Assembly: GCF_964355755.1 (NCBI RefSeq)
Contig: NC_092680.1
Location: 10,912,001-10,976,000, forward strand
Length of the DNA stretch: 64,000 nt
DNA from: Antedon mediterranea
Taxonomy: Eukaryota > Animalia > Echinodermata
Direction: 5' to 3'
The notes below the pieces were generated by a model. That model was given only the letters and a program-made list of their open reading frames with translations, was not told where the DNA came from and searched no databases. A program made the position numbers and the translations under genes. Numbering within the stretch: the stretch's first letter is position 1; the number at the start of each line of letters is the position of its first letter. Below are positions 51,801-64,000 of the stretch, piece by piece.

Positions 51801-54800
51801 TCTCCAAATGCGATTTGAAGATATTCTGAGCACTTTGGTGTTTTTATGTTAAAAAGTTTTTTCGAAAATCACAAAATAGTCTAAAACGTCTCCAAATGCG
51901 ATTTGAAGCTATTCTGTACACTTTGATGTTTTGTGTGAAAAAGTTTTGTCGAAATGCTCAAAATGGTCTAAAACGTTTTTAAAACGATATTAAGCTATTT
52001 TGTGCTCTTTGATGTTTTTGTGTAACCAAGTTTCATCGAAAATCACAAAATGGTCTAAAACGTCTCCAAATGCGATTTGAAGCTTTTCTAAGCACTTTGG
52101 TGTTTTTATGTTAACAAGTTTTTTCGAAAATCACGAAATTGTCTAAAATGTCTCCAAATGCGATTTTAAGATATTCTGAGCACTTTGGTGTTTTTATGTT
52201 AAAACGTTTTTTCGAAAATCACAAAATGGTCTAAAACGTCTCCAAATGCGATTTGAAGCTCTTCTGTACACTTTGATGTTTTGTGTGAAAAAGTTTTGTC
52301 AAAATGCTCAAAATGGTCTAAAACGTTTTTAAAACGATATTAAGCTATTTTGTGCTCTTTGATGTTTTTGTGTAACCAAGTTTCATCGATAATCACAAAA
52401 TGGTCTAAAACGTCTCCAAATGCGATTTGAAGCTTTTTTAAGCACTTTGGTGTTTTTATGTTAACAAGTTTTTTCGAAAATCACGAAATGGTCTAAAATG
52501 TCTCCAAATGCGATTTGAAGATATTCTGAGCACTTTGATGTTTTTGTGTGAAAAGTTTTATCGAAATGCTCAAAATGGTCTAAAACGGTTTCTAATGCGA
52601 TTTGAAGCTATTCTGTACACTTTGAAGTTTTTGGTGAAAAAGTTTTCTCGAAATGCTCAAAATGGTCTAAAACGTTTTTATATACCATATTAAGCTATTT
52701 TGTGCACTTTTATGTTTTGTGTGAAAAAGTTTTGTCGAAATGCTCAAAATGGTCTAAAACGTTTTTAAATACGATATTAAGCTGTTTTGTGCACTTTGAT
52801 GATTTGTGTGAAAAGTTTTAACGAAATGCTCAAAATGGTCTAAAATGGTTTCTAATGTGATTTTAAGCACTTTGATGTTTATGTGTAACCAAGTTTTTTC
52901 GAAAATCACAAAATGGTCTAAAACGTCTCCAAATGCGATTTGAAGCTTTTCTAAGCACTTTGGTGTTTTTATGTTAACAAGTTTTTTCGAAAATCACAAA
53001 ATGGTCTAAAACGTCTCCAAATGCGATTTGAGGATATTCTGAGCACTTTGGTGTTTTTATGTTAAAAAGTTTTTTCGAAAATCACAAAATGGTCTAAAAC
53101 GTCTCAAAATGCGATTTGAAGCTATTCTGTACACTTTGATGTTTTGTGTGAAAAAGTTTTGTCGAAATGCTCAAAATGGTCTAAAACGTTTTTAAAACGA
53201 TATTAAGCTATTTTGTGCTCTTTGATGTTTTTGTGTAACCAAGTTTCATCGAAATCAACGAAATGGTCTAATACGTCTCCAAATGCGATTTGAAGCTTTT
53301 CCAAGCACTTTGCTGTTTTTATGTTAACAAGTTTTTTCGAAAATCACAAAATGGTCTAAAACGTCTTCAAATGCGATTTGAAGCTATTCTGTACACTTTG
53401 ATGTTTTGTGTGAAAAAGTTTTGTCGAAATGCTCAAAATGGTCTAAAACGTTTTTAAATACGATATTAAGCTATTTTGTGATCTTTGATGTTTTTTTGTG
53501 AAAAGTTTTATCGAAATGCTCAAAATGGTCTAAAACGGTTTCTAATGCGATTTGAAGCTATTCGGTACACTTTGAAGTTTTTTGTGAAAAAGTTTTCTCG
53601 AAATGCTCAAAATGGTCTAAAAAGTTTTTATATACCATATTAAGCTATTTTGTGCACTTTGATGTTTTTTGTGAAAAGTTTTATCGAAATGCTCAAAATG
53701 GTCTAAAACGGTTTCTATTGTGATTTTAAGCACTTTGATGATTTTGTGTAACCAAGTTTCATCGAAATGTACAAAATGGTCTAAAACGTCTCCAAATGCG
53801 ATTTGAAGCTATTCTAAGTACTTTTGTGTTTTTATGTTAACAAGTTTTTTCGAAAATCACAAAATGGTCTAAAACGTCTTCAAATGCGATTTGAAGCTAT
53901 TCTGTACACTTTGATGTTTTGTGTGAAAAAGTTTTGTCGAAATGCTCAAAATGGTCTAAAACGTTTTTAAATACGATATTAAGCTATTTTGTGATCTTTG
54001 ATGTTTTTGTGTGAAAAGTTTTATCGAAATGCTCAAAATGGTCTAAAACGGTTTCTAATGCGATTTGAAGCTATTCTGTACACTTTGAAGTTTTTTGTGA
54101 AAAAGTTTTCTCGAAATGCTCAAAATGGTCTAAAACGTTTTTATATACCATATTAAGCTATTTTGTGCACTTTGATGTTTTTTGTGAAAAGTTTTATCGA
54201 AATTCTCAAAATGGTCTAAAACGGTTTCTATTGTGACTTTAAGCACTTTGATGATTTTGTGTAACCAAGTTTCATCGAAATGTACAAAATGGTCTAAAAC
54301 GTCTCCAAATGCGATTTGAAGCTCTTCTGTACACTTTGATGTTTTGTGTGAAAAAGTTTTGTCGAAATTCTCAAAATGGTCTAAAACGTTTTTAAATATG
54401 ATATTAAGCTGTTTTGTGCACTTTGATGATTTGTGTGAAAAGTTTTAACGAAATGCTCAAAATGGTCAAAAACGGTTTCTAATGTGATTTTAAACACTTT
54501 GATGTTTTTGTGTAACCAAGTTTTTTAAAAAATCACAAAATGGTCTAAAACGTCTCCAAATGCGATTTGAAGCTTTTCTAAGCACTTTGGTGTTTTTATG
54601 TTAACAAGTTTTTTCGAAAATCACAAAATGGTTTAAAACGTCTCCAAATGCGATTTGAAGATATTCTGAGCACTTTGGTGTTTTTATGTTAAAATGTTTT
54701 TTCGAAAATCACAAAATAGTCTAAACCGTCTCAAAATGCGATTTGAAGCTATTCTGTACACTTTGATGTTTTGTGTGAAAAAGTTTTGTCGAAATGCTCA

Positions 54801-57800
54801 AAATGGTCTAAAACGTTTTTAAAACGATATTAAGCTATTTTGTGCTCTTTGATGTTTTTGTGTAACCAAGTTTCATCGAAAATCACAAAATGGTCTAAAA
54901 CGTCTCCAAATGCGATTTGAAGCTTTTCTAAGCACTTTGGTGTTTTTATGTTAACAAGTTTTTCGAAAATCACGAAATGGTCTAAAATGTCTCCAAATGC
55001 GATTTGAAGATATTCTGAGCACTTTGGTGTTTTTATGTTAAAACGTTTTTTCGAAAATCACAAAATGGTCTAAAACGTCTCCAAATGCGATTTGAAGCTC
55101 TTCTGTACACTTTGATGTTTTGTGTGAAAAAGTTTTGTCGAAATGCTCAAAATGGTCTAAAACGTTTTTAAATACGATATTAAGCTGTTTTGTGCAGTTT
55201 GATGATTTGTGTGAAAAGTTTTAACGAAATGCTCAAAATGGTCTAAAACGGTTTCTAATGTGATTTTAAGCACTTTAATGTTTTTGTGTAACCAAGTTTT
55301 TTCGAAAATCACAAAATGGTCTAAAACGTCTCCAAATGCGATTTGAAGCTTTTCTAAGCACTTTGGTGTTTTTATGTTAACAAGTTTTTTCGAAAAACAC
55401 AAAATGGTCTAAAACGTCTCCAAATGCGATTTGAAGCTATTCTGCACACTTTGATGTTTTGTGTGAAAAAGTTTTGTCGAAATACTCAAAATGGTCTAAA
55501 ACGTTTTTAAAACGATATTAAGCTATTTTGTGCTCTTTGATGTTTTTGTGTAACCAAGTTTCATCGAAATCAACAAAATGGTCTAATACGTCTCCAAATG
55601 CGATTTGAAGCTTTTCCAAGCACTTTGCTTTTTTTATGTTAACAAGTTTTTTCGAAAATCACAAAATGGTCTAAAACGTCTTCAAATGCGATTTGAAGCT
55701 ATTCTGTACACTTTGATGTTTTGTGTGAAAAAGTTTTGTCGAAATGCTCAAAATGGTCTAAAACGTTTTTAAATACGATATTAAGCTATTTTGTGATCTT
55801 TGATGTTTTTGTGTGAAAAGTTTTATCGAAATGCTCAAAATGGTCTAAAACGGTTTCAAATGCGATTTGAAGCTATTCTGTACACTTTGAAGTTTTTTGT
55901 GAAAAAGTTTTCTCGAAATGCTCAAAATGGTCTAAAACGTTTTTATATACCATATTAACCTATTTTGGGCACTTTGATGTTTTTTGTGAAAAGTTTTATC
56001 GAAATGCTCAAAATGGTTTAAAACGGTTTCTATTGTGATTTTAAGCACTTTGATGATTTTGTGTAACCAAGTTTCATCGAAATGTACAAAATGGTCTAAA
56101 ACGTCTCCAAATGCGATTTGAAGCTATTCTAAGTACTTTTGTGTTTTTATGTTAACAAGTTTTTTCGAAAATCACAAAATGGTCTAAAACGTCTCAAAAT
56201 GCGATTTGAAGCTATTCTGTACACTTTGATGTTTTGTGTGAAAAAGTTTTGTCAAAATGCTCAAAATGGTCTAAAACGTTTTTAAAACGATATTAAGCTA
56301 TTTTGTGCTCTTTGATGTTTTTGTGTAACCAAGTTTCATCGAAAATCACAAAATGGTCTAAAACGTCTCAAAATGCGATTTGAAGCTTTTCTAAGCACTT
56401 TGGTGTTTTTATGTTAAGAAGTTTTTTCGAAAATCACGAAATGGTCTAAAATGTCTCCAAATGCGATTTGAAGATATTCTGAGCACTTTGGTGTTTTTAT
56501 GTTAAAAAGTTTTTTCGAAAATCACAAAATGGTCTAAAACGTCTCCAAATGCGATTTGAAGCTCTTCTGTACACTTTGATGTTTTGTGTGAAAAAGTTTT
56601 GTCGAAATGCTCAAAATGGTCTAAAACGTTTTTAAATACGATATTAAGCTATTTTGTGCTCTTTGATGTTTTTGTGTAACCAAGTTTCATCGAAAATCAC
56701 AAAATGGTCTAAAACGTCTTCAAATGCGATTTGAAGCTATTCTAAGTACTTTTGTGTTTTTATGTTAACAAGTTTTTTCGAAAATCACAAAATGGTCTAA
56801 AACGTCTTCAAATGCGATTTGAAGTTATTCTGTACACTTTGATGTTTTGTGTGAAAAAGTTTTGTCGAAAAGCTCAAAATGGTCTAAAACGTTTTTAAAT
56901 ACGATATTAAGCTATTTTGTGATCTTTGATGTTTTTGTGTGAAAAGTTTTATCGAAATGCTCAAAATGGTCTGAAACGGTTTCTAATGCGATTTGAAGCT
57001 ATTCTGTACACTTTGAAGTTTTTTGTGAAAAAGTTTTCTCGAAATGCTCAAAATGGTCTAAAACGTTTTTATATACCATATTAAGCTAATTTGTGCACTT
57101 TGATGTTTTTTGTGAAAAGTTTTATCGAAATGCTCAAAATGGTCTAAAACGGTTTCTATTGTGATTTTAAGCACTTTGATGATTTTGTGTAACCAAGTTT
57201 CATCGAAATGTACAAAATGGTCTAAAACGTCTCCAAATGCGATTTGAAGCTTTTCTAAGCACTTTGGTGTTTTTATGTTAACAAGTTTTTTTGAAAATCA
57301 CAAAATGGTCTAAAACGTCTCCAAATGCGATTTGAAGATATTCTGAGCACTTTGGTGTTTTTATGTTAAAAAGTTTTTTCGAAAATCACAAAATAGTCTA
57401 AAACGTCTCAAAATGCGATTTGAAGCTATTCTGTACACTTTGATGTTTTGTGTGAAAAAGTTTTGTCAAAATGCTCAAAATGGTCTAAAACGTTTTTAAA
57501 ACGATATTAAGCTATTTTGTGCTCTTTGATGTTTTTGTGTAACCAAGTTTCATCGAAAATCACAAAATGGTCTAAAACGTCTCAAAATGCGATTTGAAGC
57601 TTTTCTAAGCACTTTGGTGTTTTTATGTTAAGAAGTTTTTTCGAAAATCACGAAATGGTCTAAAATGTCTCCAAATGCGATTTGAAGATATTCTGAGCAC
57701 TTTGGTGTTTTTATGTTAAAAAGTTTTTTCGAAAATCACAAAATGGTCTAAAACGTCTCCAAATGCGATTTGAAGCTCTTCTGTACACTTTGATGTTTTG

Positions 57801-59000
57801 TGTGAAAAAGTTTTGTCGAAATGCTCAAAATGGTCTAAAACGTTTTTAAATACGATATTAAGCTATTTTGTGCTCTTTGATGTTTTTGTGTAACCAAGTT
57901 TCATCGAAAATCACAAAATGGTCTAAAACGTCTTCAAATGCGATTTGAAGCTATTCTGTACACTTTGATGTTTTGTGTGAAAAAGTTTTGTCAAAATGCT
58001 CAAAATGGTCTAAAACGTTTTTAAAACGATATTAAGCTATTTTGTGCTCTTTGATGTTTTTGTGTAACCAAGTTTCATCGAAAATCACAAAATTGTCTAA
58101 AACGTCTCCAAATGCGATTTGAAGCTTTTCTAAGCACTTTGGTGTTTTTATGTTAACAAGTTTTTTTCGAAAATCACAAAATGGTCTAAAACGTTTCCAA
58201 ATGCGATTTGAAGCTCTTCTGTACACTTTGATGTTTTGTGTGAAAAAGTTTTGTCGAAATTCTCAAAATGGTCTAAAACGTTTTTAAATACGATATTAAG
58301 CTGTTTTGGGCACTTTGATGATTTGTGTGAAAAGTTTTAACGAAATGCTCAAAATGGTCAAAAACGGTTTCTAATGTGATTTTAAGCACTTTGATGTTTT
58401 TGTGTAACCAAGTTTTTTCGAAAATCACAAAATGGTCTAAAACGTCTCCAAATGCGATTTGAAGCTTTTCTAAGCACTTTGGTGTTTTTATGTTAACAAG
58501 TTTTTTCGAAAATCACAAAATGGTCTAAAACGTCTCCAAATGCGATTTGAAGATATTCTGAGCACTTTGGTGTTTTTATGTTAAAAAGTTTTTTCGAAAA
58601 TCACAAAATAGTCTAAAACGTCTCCAAATGCGATTTGAAGCTATTCTGTACACTTTGATGTTTTGTGTGAAAAAGTTTTGTCGAAATGCTCAAAATGGTC
58701 TAAAACGTTTTTAAAACGATATTAAGCTATTTTGTGCTCTTTGATGTTTTTGTGTAACCAAGTTTCATCGAAAATCACAAAATGGTCTAAAACGTCTCCA
58801 AATGCGATTTGAAGCTTTTCTAAGCACTTTGGTGTTTTTATGTTAACAAGTTTTTTCGAAAATCACGAAATTGTCTAAAATGTCTCCAAATGCGATTTTA
58901 AGATATTCTGAGCACTTTGGTGTTTTTATGTTAAAACGTTTTTTCGAAAATCACAAAATGGTCTAAAACGTCTCCAAATGCGATTTGAAGCTCTTCTGTA
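46300..59000 (+). repeat. Two copies of an ~6.0-6.7-kb super-unit (boundaries approximate)
   Basis: ORF-track paralog offsets are 46479/52508 (6029), 49038/55157 (6119) and 51300/58032 (6732). Shared variants include GAAAAACACAAAA, CACTTTAATG, GTTAAGAAG and GAAAAGCTC. Confidence 0.8.
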
Positions 59001-62000
59001 CACTTTGATGTTTTGTGTGAAAAAGTTTTGTCGAAATGCTCAAAATGGTCTAAAACGTTTTTAAATACGATATTAAGCTGTTTTGTGCAGTTTGATGATT
59101 TGTGTGAAAAGTTTTAACGAAATGCTCAAAATGGTCTAAAACGGTTTCTAATGCGATTTGAAGCTATTCTGTACACTTTGAAGTTTTTTGTGAAAAAGTT
59201 TTCTCGAAATGCTCAAAATGGTCTAAAACGTTTTTATATACCATATTAAGCTATTTTGTGCACTTTGATGTTTTTTGTGAAAAGTTTTATCGAAATGCTC
59301 AAAATGGTCTGAAACGGTTTCTATTGTGATTTTAAGCACTTTGATGATTTTGTGTAACCAAGTTTCATCGAAATGTACAAAATTGTCTAAAACGTCTCCA
59401 AATGCGATTTGAAGCTATTCTAAGTACTTTTGTGTTTTTATGTTAACAAGTTTTTTCGAAAATCACGAAATGGTCTAAAATGTCTCCAAATGCGATTTGA
59501 AGATATTCTGAGCACTTTGGTGTTTTTATGTTAAAAAGTTTTGTCGAAATGCTCAAAATGGTCTAAAACGTTTTTAAATACGATATTAAGCTATTTTGTG
59601 ATCTTTGATGTTTTTGTGTGAAAAGTTTTATCGAAATGCTCAAAATGGTCTAAAACGGTTTCTATTGTGATTTTAAGCACTTTGATGATTTTGTGTAACC
59701 AAGTTTCATCGAAATGTACAAAATGGTCTAAAACGTCTCCAAATGCGATTTGAAGCTATTCTAAGTACTTTTGTGGTTTTATGTTAACAAGTTTTTTCGA
59801 AAATCACGAAATGGTCTAAAACGTCTTCAAATGCGATTTGAAGCTATTCTGTACACTTTGATGTTTTGTGTGAAAAAGTTTTGTCGAAATGCTCAAAATG
59901 GTCTAAAACGTTTTTAAATACGATATTAAGCTATTTTGTGATCTTTGATGTTTTTGTGTGAAAAGTTTTATCGAAATGCTCAAAATGGTCTAAAACGGTT
60001 TCTATTGTGATTTTAAGCACTTTGATGATTTTGTGTAACCAAGTTTCATCGAAATGTACAAAATGGTCTAAAACGTCTCCAAATGCGATTTGAAGCTATT
60101 CTAAGTACTTTTGTGTTTTTATGTTAACAAGTTTTTTCGAAAATCACAAAATGGTCTAAAACGTCTTCAAATGCGATTTGAAGCTATTCTGTACACTTTG
60201 ATGTTTTGTGTGAAAAAGTTTTGTCAAAATGCTCAAAATGGTCTAAAACGTTTTTAAAACGATATTAAGCTATTTTGTGCTCTTTGATGTTTTTGTGTAA
60301 CCAAGTTTCATCGAAAATCACAAAATGGTCTAAAACGTCTCCAAATGCGATTTGAAGCTTTTCTAAGCACTTTGGTGTTTTTATGTTAACAAGTTTTTTC
60401 GAAAATCACAAAATGGTCTAAAACGTCTTCAAATGCGATTTGAAGCTCTTCTGTACACTTTGATGTTTTGTGTGAAAAAGTTTTGTCGAAATTCTCAAAA
60501 TGGTCTAAAACGTTTTTAAATACGATATTAAGCTGTTTCGTGCACTTTGATGATTTGTGTGAAAAGTTTTAACGAAATGCTCAAAATGGTCAAAAACGGT
60601 TTCTAATGTGATTTTAAGCACTTTGATGTTTTTGTGTAACCAAGTTTTTTCAAAAATTTCAAAATGGTCTAAAACGTCTCCAAATGCGATTTGAAGCTTT
60701 TCTAAGCACTTTGGTGTTTTTATGTTAACAAGTTTTTTCGAAAATCACAAAATGGTCTAAAAACGTCTCCAAATGCGATTTGAAGATATTCTGAGCACTT
60801 TGGTGTTTTTATGTTAAAAAGTTTTTTCGAAAATCACAAAATGGTCTAAAACGTCTTCAAATGCGATTTGAAGCTATTCTGTACACTTTGATGTTTTGTG
60901 TGAAAAAGTTTTGTCGAAATGCTCAAAATGGTCTAAAACGTTTTTAAATACGATATTAAGCTATTTTGTGATCTTTGATGTTTTTGTGTGAAAAGTTTTA
61001 TCGAAATGCTCAAAATGGTCTAAAACGGTTTCTAATGCGATTTGAAGCTATTCTGTACACTTTGAAGTTTTGTGTGAAAAAGTTTTCTCGAAATGCTCAA
61101 AATGGTCTAAAACGTTTTTATATATCATATTAAGCTATTTTGTGCACTTTGATGTTTTTTGTGAAAAGTTTTATCGAAATGCTCAAAATGGTCTAAAACG
61201 GTTTCTATTGTGATTTTAAGCACTTTGATGATTTTGTGTAACCAAGTTTCATCGAAATGTACAAAATGGTCTAAAACGTCTCCAAATGCGATTTGAAGCT
61301 ATTCTAAGTACTTTTGTGTTTTTATGTTAACAAGTTTTTTCGAAAATCACAAAATGGTCTAAAACGTCTTCAAATGCGATTTGAAGCTATTCTGTACACT
61401 TTGATGTTTTGTGTGAAAAAGTTTTGTCGAAATGCTCAAAATGGTCTAAAACGTTTTTAAATACGATATTAAGCTATTTTGATATCTTTGATGTTTTTGT
61501 GTGAAAAGTTTTATCGAAATGCTCAAAATGGTCTGAAACGGTTTCTAATGCGATTTGAAGCTATTCTGTACACTTTTAAGTTTTTTGTGAAAAAGTTTTC
61601 TCGAAATGCTCAAATTGGTCTAAAACGTTTTAATATACCATATTAAGCTATTTTGTGCACTTTGATGTTTTTTGTGAAAAGTTTTATCGAAATGCTCAAA
61701 ATGGTCTAAAACGGTTTCTATTGTAATTTTAAGCACTTTGATGATTTTGTGTAACCAAGTTTCATCGAAATGTACAAAATGGTCTAAAACGTCTCCAAAT
61801 GCGATTTGAAGCTATTCTAAGTACTTTTGTGTTTTTATGTTAACAAGTTTTTTTTTAAATCACAAAATGGTCTAAAACGTCTTCAAATGCGATTTGAAGC
61901 TATTCTGTACACTTTGATGTTTTGTGTGAAAAAGTTTTGTCGAAATGCTCAAAATGGTCTAAAACGTTTTAAATACGATATTAAGCTATTTTGTGATCTT

Positions 62001-64000
62001 TGATGTTTTTGTGTGAAAAGTTTTATCGAAATGCTCAAAATGGTCTAAAACAGTTTCTATTGTGATTTTAAGCACTTTGATGATTTTGTGTAACCAAGTT
62101 TCATCGAAATGTACAAAATGGTCTAAAACGTCTCCAAATGCGATTTGAAGCTATTCTAAGTACTTTTGTGTTTTTATGTTAACAAGTTTTTTCGAAAATC
62201 ACAAAATGGTCTAAAACGTCTTCAAATGCGATTTGAAGCTATTATGTACACTTTGATGTTTTGTTTGAAAAAGTTTTGTCGAAATGCTCAAAATGGTCTA
62301 AAACGTTTTTAAATACGATATTAAGCTATTTTGTGATCTTTGATGTTTTTGTATGGAAAGTTTTATCGAAATGCTCAAAATGGTCTGAAACGGTTTCTAA
62401 TGCGATTTGAAGCTATTCTGTACACTTTGAAGTTTTTTGTGAAAAAGTTTTCTCGAAATGCTCAAAATGGTCTAAAACGTTTTTATATACCATATTAAGC
62501 TATTTTGTGCACTTTGATGTTTTTTGTGAAAAGTTTTATCGAAATGCTCAAAATGGTCTAAAACGGTTTCTATTGTGATTTTAAGCACTTTGATGATTTT
62601 GTGTAACCAAGTTTCATCGAAATGTACAAAATGGTCTAAAACGTCTCCAAATGCGATTTGAAGCTATTCTAAGTACTTTTGTGTTTTTATGTTAACAAGT
62701 TTTTTCGAAAATCACAAAATGGTCTAAAACGTCTTCAAATGCGATTTGAAGCTATTCTGTACACTTTGATGTTTTGTGTGAAAAAGTTTTGTCGAAATGC
62801 TCAAAATGGTCTAAAACGTTTTTAAATACGATATTAAGCTATTTTGTGATCTTTGATGTTTTTGTGTGAAAAGTTTTATCAAAATGCTCAAAATGGTCTG
62901 AAACGGTTTCTAATGCGATTTGAAGCTATTCTGTACACTTTGAAGTTTTGTGTGAAAAAGTTTTCTCGAAATGCTCAAAATGGTCTAAAACGTTTTTATA
63001 TACCATATTAAGCTATTCTGTACACTTTGATGTTTTGTGTGAAAAAGTTTTGTCAAAATGCTCAAAATGGTCTAAAACGTTTTTAAAACGATATTAAGCT
63101 ATTTTGTGATCTTTGATGTTTTTGTGTGAAAAGTTTTATCGAAATGCTCAAAATGGTCTAAAACGGTTTCTAATGCGATTTGAAGCTATTCTGTACACTT
63201 TGAAGTTTTGTGTGAAAAAGTTTTCTCGAAATGCTCAAAATGGTCTAAAACGTTTTTATATACCATATTAAGCTATTTTGTGCACTTTGATGTTTTTTGT
63301 GAAAACTTTTATCGAAATGCTCAAAATGGTCTAAAACGGTTTCTATTGTGATTTTAAGCACTTTGATGATTTTGTGTAACCAAGTTTCATCGAAATGTAC
63401 AAAATGGTCTAAAACGTCTCCAAATGCGATTTGAAGCTATTCTAAGTACTTTTGTGTTTTTATGTTAACAAGTTTTTTCGAAAATCACAAAATGGTCTAA
63501 AACGTCTTCAAATGCGATTTGAAGCTATTCTGTACACTTTGATGTTTTGTGTGAAAAAGTTTTGTCGAAATGCTCAAAATGGTCTAAAACGTTTTTAAAT
63601 ACGATATTAAGCTATTTTGTGATCTTTGATGTTTTTGTGTGAAAAGTTTTATCGAAATGCTCAAAATGGTCTAAAATGGTTTCTATTGTGATTTTAAGCA
63701 CTTTGATGATTTTGTGTAACCAAGTTTCATCGAAATGTACAAAATGGTCTAAAACGTCTCCAAATGCGATTTGAAGCTATTCTAAGTACTTTTGTGTTTT
63801 TATGTTAACAAGTTTTTTCGAAAATCACAAAATGGTCTAAAACGTTTTCAAATGCGATTTGAAGCTATTCTGTACACTTTGGTGTTTTTATGTTAAAAAG
63901 TTTTTTCGAAAATCACAAAATGGTCTAAAACGTCTCAAAATGCGATTTGAAGCTATTCTGTACACTTTGATGTTTTGTGTGAAAAAGTTTTGTCGAAATG

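Larger units (their letters stand above)
7645..64000 (+). repeat. Satellite array, right segment: ~87-bp monomers of two interleaved subfamilies with nested multi-kb duplications
   Basis: The same anchor continues to the window end in the same orientation. I saw no non-satellite sequence. Confidence 0.98.

Noticed and set aside
8331-58226. Short 61-81-aa ORFs repeated through the satellite
   Set aside because: They are translations of monomers where a SNP or indel removes a stop or adds a start. They recur only at duplication offsets and show no protein features.
1-64000. CRISPR array (conserved anchor with variable intervals)
   Set aside because: The intervening segments are homologous to each other rather than unique spacers, and there are no cas genes.

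Overview
This window is eukaryotic-type, AT-rich satellite DNA with no intact gene. About 96% is one head-to-tail tandem array of an ~87-bp monomer (variants 78-88 bp, anchor AAATGGTCTAAAACG), all in one orientation. The array is layered: a 513-bp 6-monomer higher-order repeat (HOR), a second monomer subfamily appearing from ~8.7 kb, and nested duplications of 835 bp, 2.4 kb, 4.04 kb, ~6 kb and ~11 kb. It is interrupted once, at 4984-7644, by a 2661-bp Foldback-like non-autonomous DNA transposon flanked by an 8-bp target-site duplication (TCCAAATG). Its ~1.1-kb inverted arms are each six-plus tandem ~175-bp palindrome-rich units capped by (AAACCCCGC)4. Its ~400-bp centre holds a 69-codon open frame, an apparent 3' UTR and AATAAA, probably a transposase C-terminal remnant. 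The host species and transposon superfamily cannot be established from the sequence alone. All coordinates and offsets were counted by hand.
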